A stretch of 64,000 nucleotides of DNA. It comes from Phoronis australis (taxonomy: Eukaryota > Animalia > Phoronida). The notes beneath the pieces were generated by a model. That model searched no databases. It was not told where the DNA came from and saw only the letters and a program-made list of their open reading frames with translations. Both the position numbers and the translations under genes were made by a program. Shown here piece after piece: positions 1-12,706 of this stretch (position 1 is its first letter; every line of letters starts with the position of its first letter). The DNA lies in contig NMRA01000090.1 of the NCBI GenBank assembly GCA_002633005.1, positions 236,752-300,751 of the forward strand. Direction: 5' to 3'.

Positions 1-1030
1 AAAAAAAAAACATTTTGAATCCAGAGTTGTCCATGATTAAAGTAAAACACGATGATATCTAATTGCAAGTTTTCGCCTTCTTTTATAACCTTCAAGCAAA
101 TGCCAAAACTAGATTTTAGTCCTTTTTTTGAAACAGACTACTTTAATAATCAAAACCTTGGAATTGAGTTACCATCCTGTTTTTCTTTATTCATAGTCTG
201 CATTCTTTTCAAAGTACATGCATCTTTTGAGATCAGCTTTATTTGTTGTGGCTTTTAGTTTTACTGATCCATTTATAACTAAATCTTTCACGGAAAAACA
301 ACAGATTTTAAACACTTGAGAACTACGGTGATTGTGAAAAAAGATTGTTATTGTTCAGGCCCTGCGAAAGCGTCGTGAATTATTAGACATCAAAATTCTC
401 AAGGTAACTTACCTTTTTATAAGACCAGCTTTAACCTTCATGATGTGTTTGTCGTCAAAGCAGCCGTCCTCAAAATGGTCGGAGCATATTTCGGCTCCGA
501 CAGAGGGCTGACTCGACAGTCATTTTCAAAAGACAAGCAGAGCACACGTAAACCTGCCATTACGGAGCCAGATGCTTGTCTTTTTAGAATTTAAATGGGC
601 TCATGCCTTCCACCTGGGTGGTGTTAAAATAGTTAGCACACACACACACACCGATGCACCATGGCTAAAACACGCCAAGGTTGAACGGTCTTTGTTCTTC
701 GTGTACTGTGATATAATAGCAGTGAACTGCATTGTGGGATGTGATCTGGTTTGTGTTCCCCAACACCATGTCACGGTGTCAAAGGTCAACTTTTCGCGCG
801 TTTTCTTATTTTCACTTTTTTTAAATAACTAAAGATACAATAATACGATGATTTGAATAAAATAAAAAGTCAATTTGGTTGTAATAACAGTCACCACTGT
901 TGAGAAAGTGAATTGCTAGCAATTACTTTTTCACTTCATTAGCTTAGATCTACATGAATACAAAAGGTGTGTTTATAGGCATTATAAAATTTGTTTGGGG
1001 CATTGGGAATCTCAGTGGTGACTATTGCGA

Positions 1031-1482
1031 GGGGCCTTTCATATTAAGGAGTTGCAGTCCTGGTTAAGTTTGCACTAAACAGGTGAATTTATAGCAGAGC
1101 ATCAATGCTGCTGTGCAGTATGAACGGTCAACTTAGGTCCCATCCGAAGTTATCGGCGCCAGGTGCCATCGCTTTCGTCAACAATTAAAGGGTAGTGTAG
1201 TCACTTTGCTTGAAATTCAAGTAGTGATTATTCAATGAATAATCACTACTTGAATTAAAAATAAGTTTTATGCCAATTAGCACATGTAAATATTCTCAAA
1301 TTGTCACATTTAAAAAAATCATAGTGTAGCGTTACCTTGTGATTACTTCGATGACAACAGAGTCACCTAGTGTCTACTTCAAAGTCTGTTAACTACTGAA
1401 GCCAGTATGAACGGTTTAGTTAACTTCACAGTTTACGTCATCGTTTCACTCTGACAGGACTTAAGTCAGTATGAATAGGCCT
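1031..1482. mobile_element. PIF/Harbinger-like MITE (family copy in opposite orientation at 18477-18963)
   Basis: Termini ggcctttcatattaa / tcagtatgaataggcc; the interior (cagtatgaacggtcaactt.ggtccc...aagttatc) is the reverse complement of 18770-18830. Confidence 0.65.
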
Positions 1483-1798
1483 TAAGGGAGAAATTGTCCA
1501 TATGGTTGGACGATATGAACAAAATGGAATAAAGATTGTTAACAACCACAAGTATCCTGTATTTGACCAATTGTTGTGAATGATTACAATTTCTGAATAG
1601 GTTGTCTGATATGCCCATTATTGGTGTGATATTGTATATTGTAACTTAAACATAAGTTATGTTCTTTACCTGATTTCAAGTGCGACAGCCTATAAAATTA
1701 GTCTAAAAGCGGTTACAATTTTAGGTTACATTCTGCATATTTTAAAATGGTATGGAGGTGACCTATCTTTCAAAAATCTCTGGTATTGACCTTTATAG

Positions 1799-1884
1799 GT
1801 TTGATTCACATTGGAGATGTTGTCCATGAGGTAAACGGGGTATGTGTCCGAGGGCGGCAGCCGGATGATATCGTGGACTTGTTG
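1799..1884 (+). CDS. MPP7: MAGUK p55 (MPP7/Metro-like) coding exon, PDZ domain; upstream exons lie outside the window
   Basis: tatag|GT...TTG|gtaagc; translates (G)LIHIGDVVHEVNGVCVRGRQPDDIVDLL, matching the MPP-family PDZ motif GLIHxGDxxxEVNG. Confidence 0.9.
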
Positions 1885-4151
1885 GTAAGCATTCCACTTT
1901 TTTCTTTTACAATGATGAAAATGTGTTGTTGGTCATTATAAAATGTCTTTCCATTAAATAGTGGTTTCTCATTGTTATTAAAGCAATGGAGTACCTTATG
2001 GTCACATGAGAATGTTTCAAACAATTCAACGTTTGTTTTTTTAAGGTTTGTATTCATACAAATGTTAAGGAATCATTCAGGGCAACGACTTTGTCCATTT
2101 TACATGGAGTCATTTTTATTAAATATTTTGCTGGAAAATTTGGGACAGCTTAGAACAATAAATAATTAATTATCGCCCAATATTCAGGTTTTCAAAACTT
2201 GAAAATGTCAATTTTGATCATATAGAAACCTTTCAGTTTTCAGTAAAATTTAAGTTTTTTCTATATCAAAAACTTAGGGTTTGTGAAAAACTTAAGAAAT
2301 TCAGTAACCCTTAAGTTTTTATCATTGGAAAAATTTGAATTTTGGTAAAGCTTTAAAGTCGGGAAAACTAAATTTCGAATATGGAAAAAACTTAGTTTTG
2401 CAAAAAATTAAATGATCAGAAAAACTTAACTTTTGATTGTACAAATAAGTTTTCAAAAAATGTCAGTTAGTGTTTGAAGCTTAAGTTTATTTGTAAAAAG
2501 GTAAGGTTCATACTTAGAAAAATGGAGTTTTCTGAGGAGTTTATTAATACCCCGTCGCACCACAGGTGCGGTCTCACTGCGGTGCTTGTATGGCATAAAC
2601 CGCAGTGGCACTGTCATGATCGCCGTGGTTCAGCAGTCACTATCTATGCTACTTTGAATGCGCAATATCCGGTGGGTAGACATGGCTGTATTGTGTATGG
2701 GGACCTAAACAAAAAACATTTCTCATCCTATCATGGATAAAACCCGGACATGTCGGGAGTTTTTAGCCATGACATTTGCAAAGTTGATGTCGGGTGTGCA
2801 AGTTCGTTGCTGGAGTCGAGCAGCATACTCTTATTGAAACCAATCGAAACCAGAAAAACAAGTCAGTCGTGCTTCAATGAAAAATTGCAGCCTCCACTGT
2901 ATTTCCCATTTGTGTTTCCATCAGAAATTTTCGCTGTGCAGGATTCGGTGATTCTTTTCTTAGATAAAACGCGAAACAGGGGCACACAACAAGACACACT
3001 ACCAGAAGATGAGAAGACGCCTGCAAACTACGTAAACAAAACAAAATTAGCTAGGTGAACTGTGAGATTGTTTTATGGATGGATTTGATGTTTTCTTTGG
3101 CCATTTTTAGTGTTTCCAAGTCTGTTATTTGGGGTCTCTATTGGCCGATCCACTCTAAGAATGTTCATAAAATTAGATTTATGTGTTTCTGCTACGAAAA
3201 GGACATCTTACAAGAATTTTTGGATTGCTCGAACTTGTGTGGCACCTCGTGGAAGCAGCTTTTTTGTGTCCACAGCTGTATCTTCTGAATCCCTTGCAGG
3301 AACTTTTTCAATTTTGACAAGTTTGTTTTTATGAATGTGACTACAGATGGCTACGACTTTCGCACGGATCTGACTTCCATGGCGCTTTCAGGTGACAACT
3401 TTATTCTTTTACGGTTTGCTCTCTTAATGAAGTTCCTTCATGGATTTTCAAGAAATTTAGCAAATATATTTCCATTAAAGTGGCGATGACACCTTTCCAT
3501 TTTTGGATGAATTCGATGTATTGTACACCACCTGATGGCCATTTGTAGTATTTTGTGCTGTTTTTTAATGTTTGCCTTTCTCTCTGAGAAACCACTCTAA
3601 GGATCATTATTAAAATTGGGGTTTTTGTACCTAGTAGGAAGCGCTGAGGTGTATATGATTTTGGATGGCTCTGATTTTCTGTAATTGTGTTTTGGGAAAG
3701 AGTGAAATTTCCACAGAAGCTCCCAAACAAAAGAGTGTCTTTTGATGATTGTGCTTACTTATTACCAGGGTGGGGTTTCATCTTGCAAACGGGTGAGTAT
3801 CCTAATTTCCCAGTGGCACACCCCCTCAAAAATTGTGGAATACCCCCTCTTGCAACAGTTGATTCCACTGCTGAGCAGGATTTCAACTTATCCTAGTTGC
3901 TTGCTGGTTCAATTTTCATTTCATTCATGGGAGCTTATAATATTACATGTATAGTGTATGAAAAGGTATGTTCTGAAAGGATCCAGACAAGTGCCTAAGG
4001 CAGTGACTGACTAGAGCTACACTGGTCTTGCTATTGTTCAAACACTGAATGGATGGATATAATGCCAACAGTCCACTTTATTCAGTGTATATTTGAACAC
4101 CTGGTAAGTAACAGCTAATTATCAAGCTATAGATATCTCTTGATGTTGTAG

Positions 4152-4226
4152 AATAAAGCAAATGGACCAATCACCTTGAAGCTACTTCCGAGTGTTTTTG
4201 ACAGCAAAGGTTTAAAAGAGGGAAAG
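4152..4226 (+). CDS. MPP7: MPP7-like exon, PDZ C-terminus/linker
   Basis: gtag|AAT...AAG|gtgaga, phase 0-0; NKANGPITLKLLPSVFDSKGLKEGK (GxITxKxxP PDZ end, KEGK before SH3). Confidence 0.88.
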
Positions 4227-5689
4227 GTGAGATAATTTTGAGATATATAGTCTACCATGTGTCAAATGCATAGTACAAAGATGCATACATTACAGTTAAT
4301 GCTGAATTGTCTGAATTACTAATAAAGGACGTGTTACTCAAAAACACTGTTTCGTTCAGGTTGACTGTTTGATGGACGCAAGATAATTAAGAAATTGATT
4401 AGAGATTCATCTTATTGATTCTTTGTTGTGTACTCTTAATTGTTACATATATTAAAAAAATGAAATTGAATGTGAACGGCTCCTGGTAGCCTTCAGGTCA
4501 TCGGTGTTCAAATATGAGTTTGTTTTTGGAACACTGAGTGGTACAGTTTTATTGTGTCATCTGCCATTGAATGGTCATCTGAGAATTTCGGAGTGCCTGG
4601 TTGGCCCCCTTTGATGGAGCCCTTCCATTCAACTACGAGGAAATAAGCCCCTTTAATGACCTAGAAACTAACGCTGTATAATTAAACCATTATTGGATAT
4701 GTGAGTAGCAATAATCTCACTGACAATTCGATGAAGGTTTTGTGAACTGAGGATATTTTGGAATTTCCAGGGTCCTCAAAACAGCACAATGTGTATAAGT
4801 GGAATGCTTACACATATGTCAAAAACATCTTTTGTTCATCCACAGTGTTGCTCAGCTGTACTTTTTTTGACAGTAAAAAGGATGTCAAATGTAATTTTTT
4901 CTTCAACAAAGGACTACTGTTATCTAAAAGTTCATTTTAGCAGCATAGGAATAATGGCCAAAATATCCTGACGTCATCCTTACAGGAGAACATTCTTCAA
5001 GTGAGTGGGAGTTGACAAGAATGTTATTTTGTTTTGAAAATAGACAAAAACATTTTTGGTATGGTCTATGTGAACATAAATTCAAGATATGGCCGTAATT
5101 GCATGTATTCATGCCCATGCACTTGTGGCGGGATGGGCCACTCGCTTATGTATAAAGCTGTGCCTTTATCGGGTATTGGCCATATGTGCCTACATGCAAA
5201 ACGCTCGATTAGTATATACTCCAAGAAGCAAGTTTTTGAATATTGTTTAGCCAAAACTTGTCTAACTTATCGGTTATAAAATTGTAGATGTTGACGTTAT
5301 GTATTGAACTTAACCGCTGTAAACCCGCCACTGGTTGGTCAAAAAATAAATTTTGATCACATTCTGTTTTTGTTCATTACTTAGATGAGGAATGATTTCA
5401 TGGCTAAGGAAGAACTGACAATTCAGTGGTGCATGAGACCAATGCTCATCACATAAGACAACACCTTACAAGACAACTTAATAGAGCCTGATCTCGGTCA
5501 GTAATGAACTGTCAGTTATTCTGAAGCCCAGATATTGTCTCTAGTAAGGAAATAGTTGCAACTTTCGTACGTGAAAAGTTATACCTAAGGCAGAATTTTT
5601 AAATTCACTTAGTAGACCACAACTGTCCTTATTTAGACAGGAAGTGATTTCTGTGATTGCAAAGGAACTGTTCATTATTCCTTAGCCCA

Positions 5690-6070
5690 TGAAACGACTC
5701 GCTGTGACATGCCAACTCTTGAGCCTGCTCTTGAAACGACTCGCTGTGACATGCCAACTCTTGAGCCTGCTCTTGAAATGACTTGCTGTGACATGCCAAC
5801 TCTTGAGCCTGCTCTTGAAACGACTCGCTGTGACATGCCAACTCTTGAGCCTGCTCTTGAAATGACTTGCTGTGACATGCCAACTCTTGAGCCTGCTCTT
5901 AAAACGACTTGCTGTGACATGCCAACTCTTGAGCCTGCTCTTGAAATGACTTGCTGTGACATGCCAACTCTTGAGCCTGCTCTTAAAACGACTTGCTGTG
6001 ACATGCCAACTCTTGAGCCTGCTCTTGAAATGACTTGCTGCGACATGCCAAATCTTGAGCCTGCTCTTGA
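5690..6070. repeat. 42-bp minisatellite, ~9 copies
   Basis: Unit tgaaa(c/t)gact(c/t)gctgtgacatgccaactcttgagcctgctct, head to tail without spacers. Confidence 0.97.
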
Positions 6071-6467
6071 CTGATAAGTTCTTTTGAAGCCTTGAAATAA
6101 CTTCTGATTTTTCAAAGGTAGAATTTGACACTAATTTCAGAAGGCAAGTGGACTCAACAACAGTTTGTTTTGTGTGATAGATTATCACAAATATCTCTAC
6201 TTTCAACTCCTAACGACAGCAATTTCTAAATCCAGATATCAATCTAGTACATTGTTAAGCATTTGTGCAGTCTTTTTTGGTCCTGCGTAACAACTTGTAC
6301 GCCTGTTACCTATCACTGCGAATGCCATGACTGGGAGATGCTGGTCAGCAAACCACCGCACACCATTTTTGAATGATTTTTGTCCAATTCCTTCTGGCAA
6401 AATGATCCTTGAGCCTAACTTTTCATAAGAAATTCAATTTCATAAGTCAAACGTTTAGAAGATGTCT

Positions 6468-6891
6468 TAAGTGCCATTTACAGTACAAAAGTTGACACGG
6501 ATCAGCTGACACAGAACGAATTGTTCCAGTGTGTAAACGGCACTGACATAGAACAAATGGACACTGTAGTGACTTGCCACCTGTTTGGTAGGTAGAGCAA
6601 TTTGCGCTCGAACATCTTGCTCCGTGTCAATTATATGTCTAAATGCATAACTGGGCCAAGGTGGAAAGGATCATCTCTACTGCGCTTGCCTAATGACTTA
6701 CGTACGGGTTTTTTGTCTCTGCAACTCTCGTCATTTGTAAACCTGCGCATGTACGATCCAGTCTCTCCAGCCTGTAATTTCCTTCTTACCACAATTAGTG
6801 AGTCGTGTGTGTAAACGGACGCTTGATACCGATCAACTAGCTCTGTGTCAGTTGCGCCGGGCCAAAAGTTGATGTCTGAACGGGACTTTAA
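6468..6891. mobile_element. Degenerate MITE with imperfect long TIRs
   Basis: cggatcagctgacacagaacgaattg near the left end pairs with caactagctctgtgtcagttgcgccg near the right end; ttaa flanks. Confidence 0.5.
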
Positions 6892-7835
6892 GTTTTATTG
6901 TATGGTATTTCTTAGCCAGTGTTAATACAGCTGTAAGGTCTTGTGCAGTAATTGTACTCCTTCACAAAAGAAACTTAGATCAATGCTCATGATGACACCA
7001 GCTGTTTTGTAGTAATCTATTGACAAAGAAGGCCTCATGAAATGGGCAAAGTATCTTGTGCAGGTTCATAGCTGCTTTAACTAATATTAAGTTAAACAAT
7101 GGACAAAATACAAAAGTAACACCAAATTTAAGACACACGTGTGCAATACATAGTCACCTGTGCCTATGAGTGAAGGTTTGGCGCATGAACCTATATGAAA
7201 AACACTAGAGTAAAACAATTCAAATCAAAAAGAAATTAATTTCTGGACTTACTTTATATAAATGATAATGTAGTATCCTCATCTCGGAGTCTTCTACGGA
7301 TCATCTTAACATACATTCAGTTACTTGTCGTAAAACAATTTCATTGGACAGAAATTGCACTGTTTTGATCATTAAGGTACATGGACTTTATTTATGTGTT
7401 TATAAGGTGAAATAGGAATAAGTGGCGAATGTATCTCATTTGAACAGGGGAAGTAGGACAAATCAACATCTTGTTGGATAATCTGGTACACGGGCTTGTA
7501 GTTTTTCTTCTGATAATGCAGCATGATGCCTTACTACTGGATATTTAAGCAGGTTAGCTCCTATTGAGATTTGGATCCCTTAGGTAATTGTGGGCCTCTC
7601 TGAAATTCCTGCTCACCTCTTCCCCTAATTCTATACACGCATCCTTCAGTTACACAAAATGGAGACTTCCCAATGCTGATCTTTAAATTACTATCCTTGA
7701 AGAGATGAATATGGTTGTATGTAAGTCCCCAGATTTAATTTGAATGTTGCACATTGGGGTACATGATTTTGTTAGTCAATATGAACTGTGATATGTGACT
7801 CATATCTTATTGCCCTTGTGGTGTTTCATCTGCAG

Positions 7836-8032
7836 ACCCGTGTCCGTGCCCACTTCAGCTACGACCCTCATGATGACCCAGACATTCCCTGCAAAGAAGC
7901 TGGTCTTGCATTCTGCAAAGGTGATGTTCTACACATCGTTAATGCAGGTGATGCCAACTGGTGGCAGGCCCGAATGGAAGGGAATCGTTATCTCAGAGCA
8001 GGGCTGGTGCCTGGCAAACTGTTGCAAGAAAG
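7836..8032 (+). CDS. MPP7: MPP7-like exon, SH3 domain
   Basis: tgcag|ACC...AG|gtag; TRVRAHFSYDPHDDPDIPCKEAGLAFCKGDVLHIVNAGDANWWQARMEGNRYLRAGLVPGKLLQER (IPCKEAGLxF and WWQA are MPP SH3 signatures). Confidence 0.95.
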
Positions 8033-8225
8033 GTAGTTGTTACAAGTAGGAAGAGTAATGTTAATACAGTGCTATTGGTGATGGGATAATGGATTTTAAA
8101 GGTATTGGTGATAGAGCAAGCGTACTAAAGCTAACAAGGATTATGGTGTAACTTAACCTAGGTTGTATGCTTGTGCGCTGATGACCGACTCAGACTACAG
8201 CCATCATGTTGTCATTGACTGATTA

Positions 8226-8375
8226 ATGATTGTGGTGATGGGTGATGATGGTGGTGTTATAGGTAATGGCAGTGATGATGGATGTGATGGTGGATGTGAT
8301 GGTGATGGATGATGATGGTTATGATGATGACAGTGGTGGTGTTGGTGGTGATAGTGATGACGACGATGAAAGGTA
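8226..8375. repeat. Degenerate (GAT/GGT)n microsatellite
   Basis: Runs of gatgatggtggtg. Confidence 0.85.
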
Positions 8376-9134
8376 TGTTGTGTTTACTGTAGAGATGTCC
8401 CTCTAAAAACAGTTGAGAAAAAGCAGAGATTGTAGTACTGGTCGAGCATGGGAAGTGAAAGTGAGTTGACATCTCCATTGTTCCCGTTGTTAACGGTATA
8501 ATAAAGATGATGACAAGCATTTATCGGTAACGGTTGGTAACACCCAAGGTACTATATCCATGCAATCTGTGTTGTTATATCCAACAATGATGCAACAAAG
8601 GACAAAAATGTTACAACCGATAGGCCATAACCATGCGACTAGTTTCCATGGACAGTAGTGGAGTTTGCCTCAGTGTGTATATATTGTCGTTCGAAAGCCA
8701 GGATTTAGCCATTAAAACAAGATTTCTGTGGCCTTATTTTTAAATTGTAGGAAAAATTGTAGTTATCAGCCACTGACTAGTGAAACTACTGGAGGGTGGT
8801 AAATGGGTATCCCCCACCTTGTCGCTGGATGACTGGTGCTCTCGTGGACTTAATTGTACCAAAAAAGTTTTTACTTTTGGAAAATATTATTTGTCGCAAT
8901 GTCTCAGGAACCTTTTGATTTTTGTGCGCTTGTCAATACATATTTGGTTGCATATTGTCATTTAGCATCTGCTGTTATACCTCCAAAAACCCGTGGAAGA
9001 TTTTCAAGAAAGTTGACAGGTGTGTGGACGCAACAACAAATGATGGTGACTTTCAGGCAGATCTGACTACTCTTATGCTCTGTACTGGCAATCTTTGTGA
9101 TGAATGTCATCCGTGACTTGTTTATTTACTTTAG

Positions 9135-9194
9135 GAGAGAAGCAGCCCGCNCTGAAGAACAGTACAGGAAATGGTAGTCTGAGTCGCGATCGAG
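9135..9194 (+). CDS. MPP7: MPP7-like exon, HOOK region (contains an N at 9151)
   Basis: ttag|G...G|gtaata. Phases 2-1 fit the neighbouring exons only if the N stands for 0 (or 3n) bases, giving (R)REAARLKNSTGNGSLSRDR. Confidence 0.65.
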
Positions 9195-9741
9195 GTAATA
9201 GTCTGAAGAATGCCATAACATCACAACTAACACGTACGTCCAACACTGCAAGCCTAGTCGTTGTCATGTGTACTAATTCTTGCTATCCTGTAGGTAAAAG
9301 AATTCAGATTTAAGTTCTTGTGCGTGATGTAAAAGATTTCCAGGTTTTTTATGCTCTCACATATTTATATATGCCGTCATCTCTGTCCGTCCGGCCAGCT
9401 GTTTGACTGCCGTATGGTGTCGACTGCTGTATCTTCAAAACCCCTTGATGTACGTTCATGAAAATTTGCAGATTTATTCCTGTCATGGATGGAACAGCGT
9501 GAGCCAATGTTTGGATGGATATGGCTGTCAGCAATTTACACAGTCGTGTGTAAATTGCTTGCAGTACATATGAAAGCTTTTGTACCATCACCCATTGGCT
9601 ATGCTTGTTCGCATGGGTATTGTTGGAAAAATCTTTGGGAAAAAGACGACTATTCAGATGTGTTAGAAACAGTATGTTGGTTTCTAGTTCTTTCTCTGTT
9701 TAGTTTTGTTGCTGACCACTTCACATTTTTGTGTGTTTCAG

Positions 9742-9819
9742 CCGGCTTAGTTAGCCCGCGACTGCTAAAGAAACCTAAAAAGGCCAAGAAGATCATGTAC
9801 CAGGCACAAAACAGAGAAG
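9742..9819 (+). CDS. MPP7: MPP7-like exon, basic HOOK region
   Basis: ttcag|CC...G|gtag, phase 1-1; (A)GLVSPRLLKKPKKAKKIMYQAQNRE, a Lys-rich HOOK with the KxMY motif. Confidence 0.85.
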
Positions 9820-9856
9820 GTAGAATGTGTAGCTAGTGACAAATGTTGGCAGACTC

Positions 9857-12692
9857 GAGTGAAGCACTGCAATAATGCCCAAGACTACTGTGTATGTCCA
9901 ACTGAAACCAAATGATCACAACCATCAGAATTGTCTAACTGAAATACTTGTATAAGCTTGGTGTTCCATAGCAATTGAAAACATTGCTGCCATAGCTATA
10001 ATTATTTAGCATCTACCTCCAATGGGACCTTATGACTTTGATACTACATTCTGCAGTTATTCAAAGTTTTTTTTGTTCTTTTTGTTTTGCATTCAGGCAC
10101 ATGCACCTAAGCTTCACATAAGAATCGAGACAACCATTCACAGCATTAGTCATCCTCCATTGTAACTAGTGTGAAAAATCGTCTGATGTTGCTGCTCATT
10201 TTCCCATGGTGTATGGTATACAGTGGCGGATCTAGGATATCACAAGGGGGGAGGCTCAACATTTTGTCTGTAAACATTTGCACAAAGCACAATTGTGGAT
10301 GCGCATAGCACCCAATGGGGGGAGGTCGCCCAGGAAATTTTTGTGTTTTTTCTTCTAAAAATCGAGCATTGTCCTTGAATCCTGAAGTATTATCCAAGAA
10401 AAAAAGGCAAAAAAAAACAAAAAAAAGAAACGGAGAAAGTGTCAAACAGGAAAAGTGCAAGTGAGTCCCACAGACTCGAACTCATGACCTGACGGATAGC
10501 GCGCGCGTGCATTACCACTGCACCACCACGATTTCACACCTAATTAAGAGACCTACTTGTTTATGGTCCACAGCGTTTGCGTGCGAAACCTTCTTTTTGT
10601 AATATTTATTACACTTTTTATATTTTGTGCAATCAGTTCGTAACAAATTTGTTGTATTTAAAAAAGTCTTCAATTGCCCAAAAAACCAAATCCGTTATTT
10701 TGTGTTGACATTAATGAAGCGATTGCTTTGGAAATCGTCTGAAGGTTTGACAAAGAGAGAATTATGAGTTTCTGAGTGATTCGCTAAGGCTTCGATTAAA
10801 ATTCACATCTTACCAGCAGCTTCTGTTTTTTTATTCGTCACTCAGATTCCATTTTCTTTAAAAAATGAAGTAATTTTCTTCATTGCACAGTGAAGCAGAC
10901 GACGGAAACGGAGTCATAGTGCGCAGCGCCACTGCCAGTCACCTGGGATATCGCGGGAGAGTCTATACTTTAGCCATAGTTCCAGTACGATTGAGCCGTG
11001 TTCCGAATTTGACACTTGAAACAACTAACACTGCACACATTTCAATCTTGTTTCCGCCGTATAATGTTAATTACCGGGGTTAATTAATGAACTCAACATT
11101 TCCCTACGCTCTTGCTGTTTAATTTTTTGCAGCAACCAGGGAGGGGGCTGGTCCCCTGCCCCCCCCNNNNNNNNNNNNNNNNNNNNNNNNNNNNNNNNNN
11201 NNNNNNNNNNNNNNNNNNNNNNNNNNNNNNNNNNNNNNNNNNNNNNNNNNNNNNNNNNNNNNNNNNNNNNNNNNNNNNNNNNNNNNNNNNNNNNNNNNNN
11301 NNNNNNNNNNNNNNNNNNNNNNNNNNNNNNNNNNNNNNNNNNNNNNNNNNNNNNNNNNNNNNNNNNNNNNNNNNNNNNNNNNNNNNNNNNNNNNGAGTGA
11401 AGCACTGCAATAATGCCCAAGACTACTGTGTATGTCCAACTGAAACCAAATGATCACAACCATCAGAATTGTCTAACTGAAATACTTGTATAAGCTTGGT
11501 GTTCCATAGCAATTGAAAACATTGCTGCCATAGCTATAATTATTTAGCATCTACCTCCAATGGGGCCTTATGACCTTGCTACTACATTTTGCAGTTATTC
11601 AAAGTTTTTTTTGTTCTTTTTGTTTTGCATTCATTCACATGCACCTAAGCTTCACATAAGAATCGAGACAACCATTCACAGCATTAGTCATCCTCCATTG
11701 TAACTAGTGTGAAAAATCGTCTGATGTTGCTGCTCATTTTCCCATGGTGTATGGTATACAGTGGCGGATCTAGGATATCACAAGGGGGGTGGCTCAACAT
11801 TTTGTCTGTAAACATTTGCACAAAGCACAATTGTAGATGCGCATAGCACCCAATGGGGGGAGGTCGCCCAGGAAATTTTTCTGTTTTTTCCTCTAAAAAT
11901 CAAGCATTTTCCTTGAATCCTGAAGTATTATCCAAGAAAAAAAGGCAAAAAAAAAACAAAAAAGAAACGGAGAAAGTGTCAAACAGGAAAAAGTGCAAGT
12001 GAGTCGCACAGACTCGAACTCATAACCTGACGGATAGCGCGCGCGTGCTTTACCACTGCACCATCACGATTTCACACCTAATTATATTTTAAGAGACCTA
12101 CTTGTTTATGGTTCACAGCGTTTGCACGCGAAACCTTATTCTTTTTGTAATATTTATTATTTTGTGCAATCAGTTCGTAACAAATTTGTTGTATTTAAAA
12201 AAGTCTTCAATTGCCCAAGAGACCAAATCCGTTATTTTGTGTTGGCATTAATGAAGCGATTGCTTTGGAAATCGTCTTAAGGTTTGACAAAGAGAGAATT
12301 ATGAGTTTCTGAGTGATTCGCTAAGGCTTCGATTAAAATTCACATCTTAACCAGCAGCTTCTGTTTTTTATTCGTCACTCAGATTCCATTTTCTTTAAAA
12401 AATGAAGTAATTTTCTTCATTGCACAGTGAAGCAGACGACGGAAACGGAGTCATAGTGCGCAGCGCCACTGCCAGTGGCCTGGGATATCGTGGGAGAGCC
12501 TAATACTTTAGCCACAGTTCCATTATGATTGAGCCGTGTTCCGAATTTGACACTTGAAACAACTAACACTGCACACATTTCAATCTTGTTTCCACCGTAT
12601 AATGTTAATTACTGGGGTTAATTAATGAACTCAACATTTCCCTACGCTCTTGCTGTTTTATTTTTTGCAGCAACTAGGAGAGGCTCCCCCCC
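9857..12692. repeat. ~1.3-kb near-identical direct duplication on either side of the N gap (9857-11166 vs 11395-~12692)
   Basis: Sequence after the gap restarts at gagtgaagcactgc as at 9857; only scattered SNPs and small indels differ. Confidence 0.9.
10460..10530 (-). mobile_element. tRNA-derived SINE-like head (duplicate at ~11999-12066)
   Basis: Reverse complement has A box tggtgcagtgg and B box gttcgagtc but no full cloverleaf. Confidence 0.6.
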
Positions 12693-12706
12693 TAAATCCG
12701 CCTATG
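11759..12706. mobile_element. MITE/non-autonomous DNA transposon with 5-bp TSD (second copy 10221-11166, cut by the gap)
   Basis: Termini cagtggcggatctagg / cctaaatccgcctatg; gtata on both sides (11754-11758 and 12707-12711). Confidence 0.75.

Noticed and set aside
359-403. Exon-like segment (cag|ALRKRRELLDIKILK|gtaact)
   Set aside because: Phase 0 donor does not fit the phase 1 acceptor at 1799, there is no PDZ similarity and it lies in repeat-like sequence
5690-6070. Possible CRISPR array or repeat-protein gene
   Set aside because: Units are contiguous with no unique spacers, there are no cas genes and the context is a eukaryotic intron; the ORFs are a by-product of the 42-bp period
8257-8520. 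His/Ile-rich ORF on the minus strand
   Set aside because: Translation of a (CAT/CAC)n microsatellite within an intron
11067-11463. ORFs spanning the N run
   Set aside because: Artefacts of the assembly gap
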